The notes under the pieces: model-generated
Seen by the model: the letters and a program-made list of their open reading frames with translations, nothing else
What the model was told of the DNA's origin: nothing
Database searches by the model: none
Position numbers and translations under genes: made by a program
In this document: positions 53,768 to 63,026 of the stretch, piece by piece
Layout of the letters: the number at the start of each line of letters is the position of its first letter
Numbering within the stretch: the first letter of the stretch is position 1
Virus record (IMG/VR): IMGVR_UViG_3300042542_005523
Reading direction: 5' to 3' (one strand)
Length of the DNA: 64,000 nucleotides
Source: a virus
Taxonomy: Duplodnaviria; Caudoviricetes

Positions 53768-55053
53768 AAAAAGTCTATATAGCAATGAGTGCCGATTTAG
53801 TCCACCATGGTCACTTAAACATAATCGAGGAAGGTAGAAAATTAGGCGATGTTATTGTCGGAGTATTAACAGATAAAGCTATAGCATCATATAAGAGACT
53901 TCCGTATTTAGATTTTGAAGCAAGAAGTAGAATAATAGAAAATATAAAAGGTGTAAATCTAGTTGTTCCCCAGGAGACCCTTGATTATGTAGAAAATCTT
54001 AGAAAATACAAACCTGATTACGTTATACATGGTGACGATTGGCAAACGGGAAGACAAAAACAAGTAAGAGAAAGAGTTATAGAAACCATAGGCGAATGGG
54101 GAGGTGAATTGGTAGAGATTCCGTACACCGAAGGAATATCTTCAACACAGTTGAACTATATACAAAAAAGTATAGGTACTTCTCCCGCTATCAGACAATC
54201 TAAGTTAAGAAGGCTACTTGATTCCAAAGAAATAGTTAGAGGCATGGAAGCACATACTGGATTGAGCGGAATAATAGTAGAAAAAGCTTTTGTTGTTAAA
54301 GATGATAAAACCGAAGAATTTGATTGCATATGGATGTCAAGTTTAACAGATTCTACATCAAAAGGGAAACCCGATATTGAGTTGGTTGATAGACTTGATA
54401 CATTAAATCAGGTGCTAGAGGTAACAACTAAGCCTATTATAGTAGATGGTGATACTGGAGGTGTAGAAGAACATTTCTGTTATACAGTAAGGACTTTGGA
54501 AAGACTAGGGGTTTCGGCTATAATTATAGAGGATAAAATCGGTCTTAAGAAAAATTCACTATTCGGAACTGACGTCGACCAAGAGCAAGACACGGTCGAT
54601 AACTTTTGCTCCAAGATAGCAGCAGGTAAAAAATCTCAGGTATCAAATGAATTCATGATCATTGCCAGAATAGAGAGCCTTATATTAGGTAATGGTCTTG
54701 ATGATGCTATATTAAGAGCTGAAAAATATATAGCCGCTGGTGCTGATGGTATTATGATACATAGCAAAAAAACAGATCCGAATGAAATATTCGAATTCTG
54801 TAAAATGTATCAGAAGCTAAATAATAAAGCACCTCTTTTTGCTGTTCCTTCAACGTATGATTCAGTAACAGAGAAAGAACTAATAGACAATAATATAGAT
54901 TTAGTAATCTATGCAAATCATCTAATAAGAAGCGCATACCCCGCAATGCTTAAAACCGCTGAAAGCATACTGCTTCACGAGAGGGGCAAGGAGGCATCGG
55001 AAAATTGTTTAAGCATAAAGGAAATATTAGATCTAATACCAGGGACAAGATAA
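53764..55053 (+). CDS. pepM: Phosphoenolpyruvate mutase with N-terminal cytidylyltransferase domain
   Basis: ADLVHHGH (HxGH) N-domain; [13 protein letters not shown]-mutase motif; start moved to MKKVYIAMS. Confidence 0.93.
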   Translation: MKKVYIAMSADLVHHGHLNIIEEGRKLGDVIVGVLTDKAIASYKRLPYLDFEARSRIIENIKGVNLVVPQETLDYVENLRKYKPDYVIHGDDWQTGRQKQVRERVIETIGEWGGELVEIPYTEGISSTQLNYIQKSIGTSPAIRQSKLRRLLDSKEIVRGMEAHTGLSGIIVEKAFVVKDDKTEEFDCIWMSSLTDSTSKGKPDIELVDRLDTLNQVLEVTTKPIIVDGDTGGVEEHFCYTVRTLERLGVSAIIIEDKIGLKKNSLFGTDVDQEQDTVDNFCSKIAAGKKSQVSNEFMIIARIESLILGNGLDDAILRAEKYIAAGADGIMIHSKKTDPNEIFEFCKMYQKLNNKAPLFAVPSTYDSVTEKELIDNNIDLVIYANHLIRSAYPAMLKTAESILLHERGKEASENCLSIKEILDLIPGTR

Positions 55054-55631
55054 TGACAAGAATCTCAAGTATAAAGAATTTATATATTGGGTATCATAAT
55101 TTCTACAGGAAATACTATGGCATGGATAGAGAAATTTTCTCCTTTAGAGATCCAGTAGAACAAATAATAAAAACGGAGAAAAATATAGGATCCAAGGAAG
55201 CTTTCATATTGGAATATGGATGCGGAACAGGATTTAATCTGGAATATCTTTATAATATTGGTTATACAAATCTATTTGGCATAGAACAGAATACGGAGGT
55301 ATACTCAGGTATTGATACGAATAAAAAAATAAAAATTATAAACGGTAATCTATCAGAAGATATTCAATTAACCGGAAATAATAAATTTGATTTTATATTC
55401 ACAAGATCTGTTCTTCAACAAAGGATAGGCATAGGAAAAATACAAGGTGATTTTAATACTGACGATGATATTGTTAAAATACTTTCAGTATTTTCAAGAA
55501 TATTAAATACCGATGGTGTAGTTTTTCTTAATGAAGGCACACAGACAAGAGATTGGGGAGAGATAATAATAAAAAGCGGATTCAAGTTAATAGACAGCGG
55601 TAATAATTTTTTCAAATTAAAAATAAAATAA
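55053..55631 (+). CDS. Class I SAM methyltransferase
   Basis: ILEYGCGTGFN; start moved to MTRISS. Confidence 0.75.
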   Translation: MTRISSIKNLYIGYHNFYRKYYGMDREIFSFRDPVEQIIKTEKNIGSKEAFILEYGCGTGFNLEYLYNIGYTNLFGIEQNTEVYSGIDTNKKIKIINGNLSEDIQLTGNNKFDFIFTRSVLQQRIGIGKIQGDFNTDDDIVKILSVFSRILNTDGVVFLNEGTQTRDWGEIIIKSGFKLIDSGNNFFKLKIK

Positions 55632-55635
55632 AAAT

Positions 55636-56025
55636 ATGATAACTTTAGAAGAACTTAAAAATCAAGGTTATTCCTTTTTCACAGGCGTTCCTGATAGCTT
55701 GTTATCTCCGCTAATAAGAGAAATAGAAAAATCAACAGAAACACATATCATAGCACCCAACGAAGGGTTAGCATTAGGATTAGCTGTTGGCGCAGAACTT
55801 GCGGGAAAGAAAAGCTGTGTATATTTACAAAATTCAGGTCTTGGTAATTTAATAAATCCTCTAACAAGTCTATGCATTCCCTTTGATATTCACCCTCTCC
55901 TCATAATAGGTCATAGGCATACTCTGGAGCAACATAAAGTGATGGGGAATACCGATAGAGAGATATTAGAATTATTGGGATATGAGAACTTCATAATAGT
56001 GGAGGGATCGAATAACGAATCATAA
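55636..56025 (+). CDS. Phosphonopyruvate decarboxylase-like, alpha subunit (TPP N-terminal)
   Basis: FFTGVPDSLL, NEGLALGLAVG, YLQNSGLGNLINP, QHKVMG. Confidence 0.88.
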   Translation: MITLEELKNQGYSFFTGVPDSLLSPLIREIEKSTETHIIAPNEGLALGLAVGAELAGKKSCVYLQNSGLGNLINPLTSLCIPFDIHPLLIIGHRHTLEQHKVMGNTDREILELLGYENFIIVEGSNNES

Positions 56026-56026
56026 T

Positions 56027-56491
56027 ATGACAAGCAGAAAACAAGCGATATTGGAAATATTTAAGAATCATCCTGATTCTTTTTTTATAGCTAGCACGGG
56101 ATACATTTCGAGGGCTGTATTTGAATTATTTCCTGATAATAAAAATATATTCTATATGCAAGGAAGCATGGGTATGGCTCCTGCTATAGGTTTAGGTTTA
56201 GCATCACAAACAGACAAGAACGTAGTGGTAATATCCGGTGATGGTTCATTGCTTATGCATCTGGGGATTACCCACACGATAAGAGATCTGAATCTTCCAA
56301 ATTTATTCAATTATGTTCTAGATAATGGTACGCACGAGTCAGTGGGTGCATATCCTGTAAGCGATCTTGAAATGGAATATCCGGGAATAGATAGGATATT
56401 TAAAATTACAAATGATGGTAAGCCACCTAGAGTGGGTATGGATTTTAAAACCAATAAGGAATGCTTCATAAAAGAATTAAAAGGACTATAG
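56027..56491 (+). CDS. Phosphonopyruvate decarboxylase-like, beta subunit (TPP-binding)
   Basis: STGYISR, YMQGSMG, GDGSLLMH, DNGTHESVG. Confidence 0.88.
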   Translation: MTSRKQAILEIFKNHPDSFFIASTGYISRAVFELFPDNKNIFYMQGSMGMAPAIGLGLASQTDKNVVVISGDGSLLMHLGITHTIRDLNLPNLFNYVLDNGTHESVGAYPVSDLEMEYPGIDRIFKITNDGKPPRVGMDFKTNKECFIKELKGL

Positions 56492-57249
56492 TTTGTTCAC
56501 AGTCAACAAAAAAATTCATAGAGGGTAATGCAGGTGACGAATATATCATAGTAACAGGACCTCCTGATGAAAAAATATTAGACCTTGTCGATAGTATAGA
56601 AAATGTAATATGTATCGGCGGAGGCGCGGTTATAGATTATGCTAAGATAATTTCTAAGGGTCCAATAGAAATATGCTATCCAACTACCGCATCAGGATCA
56701 TCAGAAACTTCACATGCAGTTTATTGGATCGGTAACAATAAAATGGGGATTAAAAGATTTATTCCGAAAGAGGTTAGAATAATCGAAGAATCACTAGTTG
56801 GTCTTTCCGATGATATGATTCTATGGACCAAATGCGATATGATAGCTCATTGCTTAGATGTTAAATGGTCATCCGGAGCAACAATAGATAGCATAGGATT
56901 AGCAGATGGAGCATTAGATTTAATAGGATCATCAGACTCCAATCTATCACTGGTGAATGCTGGTATAATTGCTGGGAGAGCAATAGAAATTACCCCGACG
57001 ACGATACTGCATTCCTTATCATATCCACTTACAGGTTTTTATAATATATCTCACGGAAAAGCTCTGTCATATCTTATACCAAAATTAGCAAACCATCTGA
57101 ATCAAAAAATACCTAATATCAAATATGTTGAGTATATTGGAGAAATAGATTGGGATTTGGTTGTAGATAAGGCTTATGAGTATGATAAAATTTCTAATGT
57201 AAACTTCAATATCAATAAAGAAGATTTGATAAAAATATTAAGCCGATGA
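56461..57249 (+). CDS. Iron-containing alcohol dehydrogenase (phosphonoacetaldehyde reductase-like)
   Basis: IGGGAVIDYAK, PTTASGSSE, LHSLSYP, HG. Confidence 0.8.
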   Translation: MLHKRIKRTIVCSQSTKKFIEGNAGDEYIIVTGPPDEKILDLVDSIENVICIGGGAVIDYAKIISKGPIEICYPTTASGSSETSHAVYWIGNNKMGIKRFIPKEVRIIEESLVGLSDDMILWTKCDMIAHCLDVKWSSGATIDSIGLADGALDLIGSSDSNLSLVNAGIIAGRAIEITPTTILHSLSYPLTGFYNISHGKALSYLIPKLANHLNQKIPNIKYVEYIGEIDWDLVVDKAYEYDKISNVNFNINKEDLIKILSR

Positions 57250-57328
57250 AAATAGCAATTTATTGGAATAATTTAGGATCAACGTAGTACAAGTACTAAC
57301 GGAAAGTTACTAATTTTTTAAATGACGT

Positions 57329-58015
57329 ATGAATATTTGCATAAATTTAATAGCTACAGGTAAATACGTAGATTTTTTAGACGGGATAATAGAAAGCTCC
57401 GAGAAAAATTTTTTTCCTAATGATTCAGTTTATTATATTATCCACACAGATTGCACGGACCGGGTATTTCCAAAAAATTCAATAATTAATAGAATAGATT
57501 TTGAGGAGTGGCCAAATCCAACTCTTAAAAGATTCCATTATTTTTTAATGGCTGAGGATGATATATTGAAGTCCGATTTTTCTTTTTATGTTGATGTAGA
57601 TAGTTTATTTGTTAACCTTATAGATTTTGAATTAGAACCAATAAAGGGTATAATATCAACTTTGCATCCTGGATTTTACGGTACCTCCGGAACTCCGGAA
57701 AGAAATCCTAATTCTAAATCATATTTACCAATTGGTTCCCAAAATTTATATTTCTGCGGTGGATTTTTTGGAGGTGATTCTGTATCCTTTGTCAAGATGT
57801 CAAGGAGGATAAAAGAAAATATAGATGATGATCTAAAGAATGGTATTATAGCAATATGGCACGACGAATCCCATCTAAATCACTACCTTTTCTACAATCC
57901 TCCTGCAAATATATTAGGGAACTATTTCGCTATATCGCAAAATCAAATTAACCAGCACCCTGATTCTAGGATAGTTTTTCTAGATAAGAACCACAAACAT
58001 TTAAGAAAAAAATAA
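57329..58015 (+). CDS. GT6 family alpha-1,3-Gal/GalNAc transferase (ABO-like)
   Basis: IATGKY, WPNPTLKRF, YVDVD, HPGFY, YFCGGFFGG, WHDESHLN. Confidence 0.92.
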   Translation: MNICINLIATGKYVDFLDGIIESSEKNFFPNDSVYYIIHTDCTDRVFPKNSIINRIDFEEWPNPTLKRFHYFLMAEDDILKSDFSFYVDVDSLFVNLIDFELEPIKGIISTLHPGFYGTSGTPERNPNSKSYLPIGSQNLYFCGGFFGGDSVSFVKMSRRIKENIDDDLKNGIIAIWHDESHLNHYLFYNPPANILGNYFAISQNQINQHPDSRIVFLDKNHKHLRKK

Positions 58016-58022
58016 AATAAAA

Positions 58023-58862
58023 ATGATAGATTTAAGAAAATGCACGTTCATAATTCCTATAAAGGTAGAACACGAGGATAGACTTAAAAATCTAAGGACA
58101 ACATTAGGTTATCTTAACCATCACTTTATAACAAATGTAATACTCTACGAAATAGAGGATCCCGTTTCTCTGGAAATAAAAAATAAAAATATAGACCTCT
58201 ATAATCTTAGTTTATTACCCAATCTAAATCTACATCACATTTTAAAAAAATTAGAATCTATTGATTTTTTTCATAGGACAATGTATCTAAACGAAATGCT
58301 AGAAATGGTTGAAACGGAGGTAGTTTGTAACTATGATATAGATGTCGTTCTACCGGTTGAATCCTACGTTGAAGCAGTAGATAAAATATCTGGCGGTGAA
58401 TTGGACGTGGTCTATCCATTTTCATTCGGGGCTAGTCAATTTCAAGTTTTTCAAAATCTAGACCGAGACGGATTTGAAAAAAATTGGGATCTTTCTGAAA
58501 TAATATCGCAGGATGAGAAGATAAATCGGTATTATTCTGAATATGGTCACTGTATATTTTTTAATACTGGTGTTTATAGAGAGCTAGGTGGTGAAAATGA
58601 AAATTTTAAATCATACGGTCCCGAAGATAAAGAAAGAGGAACTAGGTTCATAAAATTAGATAAAAAAGTAGAATGGCTAAAGGGTGACGTTTTCCATTTT
58701 GAGCATTACCGCAGCAACGATAGCTCACCATCAAATCCCAATATAGATTTCAACAACTATCTATTTTCGAAATTATCAAATAAAACAAAAGAGGAGCTTT
58801 TTGACTATTACGCTAATGTGGAATATAGAAAGAAATATAGCAAGATGTCCAGTCACAATTAA
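58023..58862 (+). CDS. GT2/GT7-C-like glycosyltransferase
   Basis: NYDIDV, GGENENFKSYGPED, FHFEH. Confidence 0.72.
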   Translation: MIDLRKCTFIIPIKVEHEDRLKNLRTTLGYLNHHFITNVILYEIEDPVSLEIKNKNIDLYNLSLLPNLNLHHILKKLESIDFFHRTMYLNEMLEMVETEVVCNYDIDVVLPVESYVEAVDKISGGELDVVYPFSFGASQFQVFQNLDRDGFEKNWDLSEIISQDEKINRYYSEYGHCIFFNTGVYRELGGENENFKSYGPEDKERGTRFIKLDKKVEWLKGDVFHFEHYRSNDSSPSNPNIDFNNYLFSKLSNKTKEELFDYYANVEYRKKYSKMSSHN

Positions 58863-58874
58863 CTAGATCAAATA

Positions 58875-59609
58875 ATGAAGACAGGCGTTATTTTCTATCA
58901 TAAAAACTCCAGTATCTTATATGAAAAAAGATGGATTGATAAATGCATAGATACTATATTGAATCAATCCTATCCTGATTTTAATATCTATGAACTGAAT
59001 TATGGCGGAGATGATTTTTCTATATTTTCCGGAATTAATCACAATAGGGATTTAAATTTTTACAGCAAAAAATTTGAAAATCATGCGGAGGCAATGAACT
59101 TTATAATAGATACTGCCTTTTGTGAAGGATGTGATGTAGTTTTTAATACTAATGTGGATGACTTCTATTCATTGGATAGGTTTAAGGAGCAATTAGAAAT
59201 ACTATCAAAGGGGTATGATCTAGTTTCCTCTGATTTTTACTATGTAAAAGATTTTAACGAGAAAGAGTTGGACGTCGTAACTAATGGTCTTTGTGTTTCT
59301 AATGAAGGCTCAATAGAAGATGCATTGGAAAAAAACAATAACGTGATAGCTCATCCGTGTGTTGCTTTTAGCAAAAAATTCTGGGGTAGCAATAGATACA
59401 ATCCTGAAGAAATACCGGAGGAGGATCTTCTGCTCTGGAAAAGAGGAATTGAATCCGGTATGAAATTTTACATAATACCGGAAAAGCTACTTTTTTATAG
59501 AATACACCAAAATCAGATATCATCTTCCCCTGTTCTATTGGAGGAAAAGAAAGTAGATAATTCAAGTAAAAGCGGGGGAAGTGTGTGGTTTAATGATTAT
59601 AATATTTAA
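58875..59609 (+). CDS. GT2-like glycosyltransferase
   Basis: NVDD, IAHPCV, EDLLLW, LFYRIHQNQIS. Confidence 0.7.
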   Translation: MKTGVIFYHKNSSILYEKRWIDKCIDTILNQSYPDFNIYELNYGGDDFSIFSGINHNRDLNFYSKKFENHAEAMNFIIDTAFCEGCDVVFNTNVDDFYSLDRFKEQLEILSKGYDLVSSDFYYVKDFNEKELDVVTNGLCVSNEGSIEDALEKNNNVIAHPCVAFSKKFWGSNRYNPEEIPEEDLLLWKRGIESGMKFYIIPEKLLFYRIHQNQISSSPVLLEEKKVDNSSKSGGSVWFNDYNI

Positions 59610-59614
59610 AAACA

Positions 59615-60598
59615 ATGAATAAAAGAGCTCTTATAACGGGTATTAACGGACAGGATGGATCTTATCTTGCAGAATTTCTAATCGACAAGGGGTATGATGT
59701 ATTTGGTACAGTTAAAAGAAATTCAGTAGCAGAGAACCAAACTGCCAGGCTTGATTCAGTTTATGATAAGATCGGAAAGAATCTAATTTATGCAGATCTT
59801 ACTGATATGTCTTCCCTGCTGAATGCTTTGAGAATCTCTAACCCGGATGAGGTTTATAATCTAGCTGCACAGTCTCACGTTAGAATATCTTTTGACCAGC
59901 CAATCTATACAGCTAATGCTACAGGTTTAGGAACTCTTAATCTTCTAGAAGCAGTTAGATCTTTCAATCCAAAGATAAAGATCTACCAAGCATCATCTTC
60001 TGAGATGTTTGGTAACTCCATAGACTCCGATGGATTCCAAAGAGAATCCACGCCTTTGAATCCAGTTTCACCCTATGGCTGTGCAAAAGTTTTCTCCTAT
60101 AATATCTGCAGAAACTACAGAAACTCGTACGGGATGTATATTTCAAACGGTATTCTATTCAATCACGAGTCACCCAGAAGAGGAACTAATTTTGTAACCA
60201 ATAAGGTATGCAAAGAAGCGGTAAAGATCAAATTAGGTCTATCTAACAAACTAGCTCTTGGAAATCTAGATGCTACAAGAGACTGGGGACACGCTAAAGA
60301 CTACGTGGAGGCGATGTGGCTCATACTTCAGCAGGAATCTCCGGAGGACTATGTTTGCTCTACCGGTGTATCGCATTCTGTGGAGGATCTAGTTGAGTAT
60401 GTGTTTAGTAAACTGGGTCTTGATTGGAAAGGCTATGTGGTACAGGATGAAAAATTCCTTCGTCCAGAGGAGCTTGATGATTTAAAAGGAGACAGCAGAA
60501 AGCTTCGGTCTTTAACGGGATGGTCCCCTAAATACACATTCGAAACTATGCTCGACGAGATGATAGAGCATTGGCTAAGTTACTACTCCGGTAAATAG
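59615..60598 (+). CDS. gmd: GDP-mannose 4,6-dehydratase
   Basis: ITGINGQDGSYL, YNLAAQSHV, YQASSSE, SPYGCAK, FNHESPRRG, RDWGHAKDY. Confidence 0.96.
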   Translation: MNKRALITGINGQDGSYLAEFLIDKGYDVFGTVKRNSVAENQTARLDSVYDKIGKNLIYADLTDMSSLLNALRISNPDEVYNLAAQSHVRISFDQPIYTANATGLGTLNLLEAVRSFNPKIKIYQASSSEMFGNSIDSDGFQRESTPLNPVSPYGCAKVFSYNICRNYRNSYGMYISNGILFNHESPRRGTNFVTNKVCKEAVKIKLGLSNKLALGNLDATRDWGHAKDYVEAMWLILQQESPEDYVCSTGVSHSVEDLVEYVFSKLGLDWKGYVVQDEKFLRPEELDDLKGDSRKLRSLTGWSPKYTFETMLDEMIEHWLSYYSGK

Positions 60599-60653
60599 AG
60601 ACAAAGAGGATTGAAAATGGTTGGATATATAATATTGCAAAAAAATCCAATCA

Positions 60654-62981
60654 ATGAGAAAAATAGTCTCCTTTTCACTTTTTAATAAAATATTAGAAGG
60701 CGAGCAAACATACGAGGAACTCGTTCCGGAGTTCTCTGAGTACAACTCCATACTATCCACATTTCTTAATACCACAACTTCCATTCTTACGAGAACTAAG
60801 GGTATTGACAGGGAAGAGTTAGCAAATCTAGTTGATGATATAAAAACAGTTCCTTTAGCAGGCAAGGCTAATGCACTAACGAAAGTCTTTGACGGCGTCA
60901 TAAAATACGAAAATCCAGATTTAGATCCCGCTGTAAAGAGTAAGTTAAATGAGATTCAAGCGGAGATTAAAAAGATAGAGCCTCTCCTATCTGAACTCAT
61001 TGCACAGGAGGAAGATGTAGAGGTTAAGGAAAAATTACTAGACTTTATATCTAAATGGTGCGATAAGAGCAGGGATGTGATTCTAAAACCAGAAGACGTA
61101 AAGGAGTCTTTAAGAATTTTCGAATCGATTAAGCTCGATCCTAGAAACATGTTCAATGTTTTCAGCTCAGATGTTTCTAATCTTTTAACACAGGCCAATG
61201 CAGTAAAAACTGACATTGATGCACTCTACAATAATCCAACCAGTGCTAGATTAAAGAGAAGTATAGATCCCTATAAAAGAAAAATAGATTTGTTAGTAGA
61301 CGAGCTTCAAACCGGAAATGGGCAGGGCGTAAATTGGTCTATACTCAATAGACCGCAGGCAAAAGAAAGAATATCTTTTATTCAAAATGCAATAAGGGAT
61401 ATAGTTAACGACTACACGGAGATAAGCTTCAAGGAAACTGCTTATGATGGTAGGATTAAACCTATAATGGCTAAATTAAGCTCCGTAACAGACAGAATAA
61501 ACGTTCTGTTTTCAGATCTATTAAAAATAGAAAAGGAGATAGAGGAAGAAAAAGCTATATCTGCATCAACGAAGGAGGCTAATCTTGACTGGAGCATGAA
61601 AACCGACTTTAATGAAATAATTGGGCAGAGAAAGGGGAAATGGTACGTGCCAGGTTCTATAGGAGGGAATTTTACATTACAAGAATCATCAATAAGCTTT
61701 GGTCCAGATGATCTTTTAAAAGGGGACACATCCTCTTACAAATTAGAAAATAGCAAATGGTATACAGTCAAAGGCGAACTCGTAGATTTCGATTCAAAAG
61801 AATGGACTGAAATAACAGACCCTGAGTCTATTAAGATTTTAAATAATGCATACGCATACCATCTAATAAAAGTGGTGGAATGGTGTTTAGATAACAAAAA
61901 ATCATTTTACGACGAGAATGGAAATACCGTAATGACGGATGAGGAATATAGAAAATGCATACCTGCTTTAGAGGTGGCTAAAAACTTTGATCCTATAGCA
62001 GCTTCTAAGAGGGTTAAAGGTAAAGCGGGATATGATGCATTTAATTACCAGGACGGAGCGGGATCAGACACACAGGAAACTAATGACGGTGTGTCTGGAT
62101 CAGACAGATCAGATGGATCCTCTAACAATACCAATCCAGTAAAAAAGGAGGAGAAGACAGCTACATGGGAAACAATTTCAAAAGAACTACCAGGCTTAAC
62201 TTTTAGAGTAGGTGATAGCGTAGTTACCAATGATAATGCGGAAAGAAAATGGCAGAAGGCAGGAAAGGATCTCACCACAACATGGTTTACACCAGGTACT
62301 TTCACTACACCGGATAACATAAAGTCAGAAGGATTTGAGATGAGCGGCTATTGGATAAGACTAGCATCAGGTTATTGGGAGATGTACAAGGGAACGAATA
62401 AACCTTCCAACGAAGATAGTAAAATATTAAAAATGAAGATTTTTCAGAACAAGGATAAAAAAGCTTCCGAGCTTTTTAAAAATATAATTACAAGTTTAAA
62501 CGGTCAACTAGAAAGAAACCTTAATGATTTAAGGGATTTATCTAGATACTGGGGTGTTGGTTCCGGTAAAACTAATATCGTTGATAATGCTTGGGGATCT
62601 GAAAAGGAAGCAAGAGCTATTATTAAAGGAGGAGGAACAAAGGACGAAAGAATAGAGGTTGAGATCTGGCCTGATAAATTAGGCGGAAGTTCCGTATCCG
62701 ACGACGTCATTCTAAAGGTTTATAAAAACGGAGGGCTGGGAATACAGGACGATGATTATTCCGATAATATCTGGGGTAGCTGGAAGGTTGATGACGACGG
62801 CGATAACTTTATAGTAAAATGGGAAATGTATAGTGGCTCCTCCAATAAAGGATGGAAACCAATTAGCGATTATTCAAGCGGAAGAATAGGCGCAATTACT
62901 AAATTTACTGGACCCGTTAGCGGAGGGCTAAAACCAATTTTAGATGACGCAATGAGAAGATTCATACAGGTTTTCTATTAA
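60654..62981 (+). CDS. Large putative virion protein with capsid-targeting-like N-terminus and shared GD-YK-W module
   Basis: MRKIVSFSLFNKILE; internal GDTSSYKLENSKW...WTEITDPESIKILNNAY. Confidence 0.75.
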   Translation: MRKIVSFSLFNKILEGEQTYEELVPEFSEYNSILSTFLNTTTSILTRTKGIDREELANLVDDIKTVPLAGKANALTKVFDGVIKYENPDLDPAVKSKLNEIQAEIKKIEPLLSELIAQEEDVEVKEKLLDFISKWCDKSRDVILKPEDVKESLRIFESIKLDPRNMFNVFSSDVSNLLTQANAVKTDIDALYNNPTSARLKRSIDPYKRKIDLLVDELQTGNGQGVNWSILNRPQAKERISFIQNAIRDIVNDYTEISFKETAYDGRIKPIMAKLSSVTDRINVLFSDLLKIEKEIEEEKAISASTKEANLDWSMKTDFNEIIGQRKGKWYVPGSIGGNFTLQESSISFGPDDLLKGDTSSYKLENSKWYTVKGELVDFDSKEWTEITDPESIKILNNAYAYHLIKVVEWCLDNKKSFYDENGNTVMTDEEYRKCIPALEVAKNFDPIAASKRVKGKAGYDAFNYQDGAGSDTQETNDGVSGSDRSDGSSNNTNPVKKEEKTATWETISKELPGLTFRVGDSVVTNDNAERKWQKAGKDLTTTWFTPGTFTTPDNIKSEGFEMSGYWIRLASGYWEMYKGTNKPSNEDSKILKMKIFQNKDKKASELFKNIITSLNGQLERNLNDLRDLSRYWGVGSGKTNIVDNAWGSEKEARAIIKGGGTKDERIEVEIWPDKLGGSSVSDDVILKVYKNGGLGIQDDDYSDNIWGSWKVDDDGDNFIVKWEMYSGSSNKGWKPISDYSSGRIGAITKFTGPVSGGLKPILDDAMRRFIQVFY

Positions 62982-63026
62982 ATGAAATAGAAAAAAGATA
63001 TATAAGAAAATAAAAAAAACACAACA

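Noticed and set aside
3654-62710. Numerous antisense ORFs of 60-211 aa inside long genes (for example 4227..4514, 23922..24557, 37707..38030)
   Set aside because: They lie wholly opposite well-supported genes and show the S/F/L-rich composition of antisense shadows.
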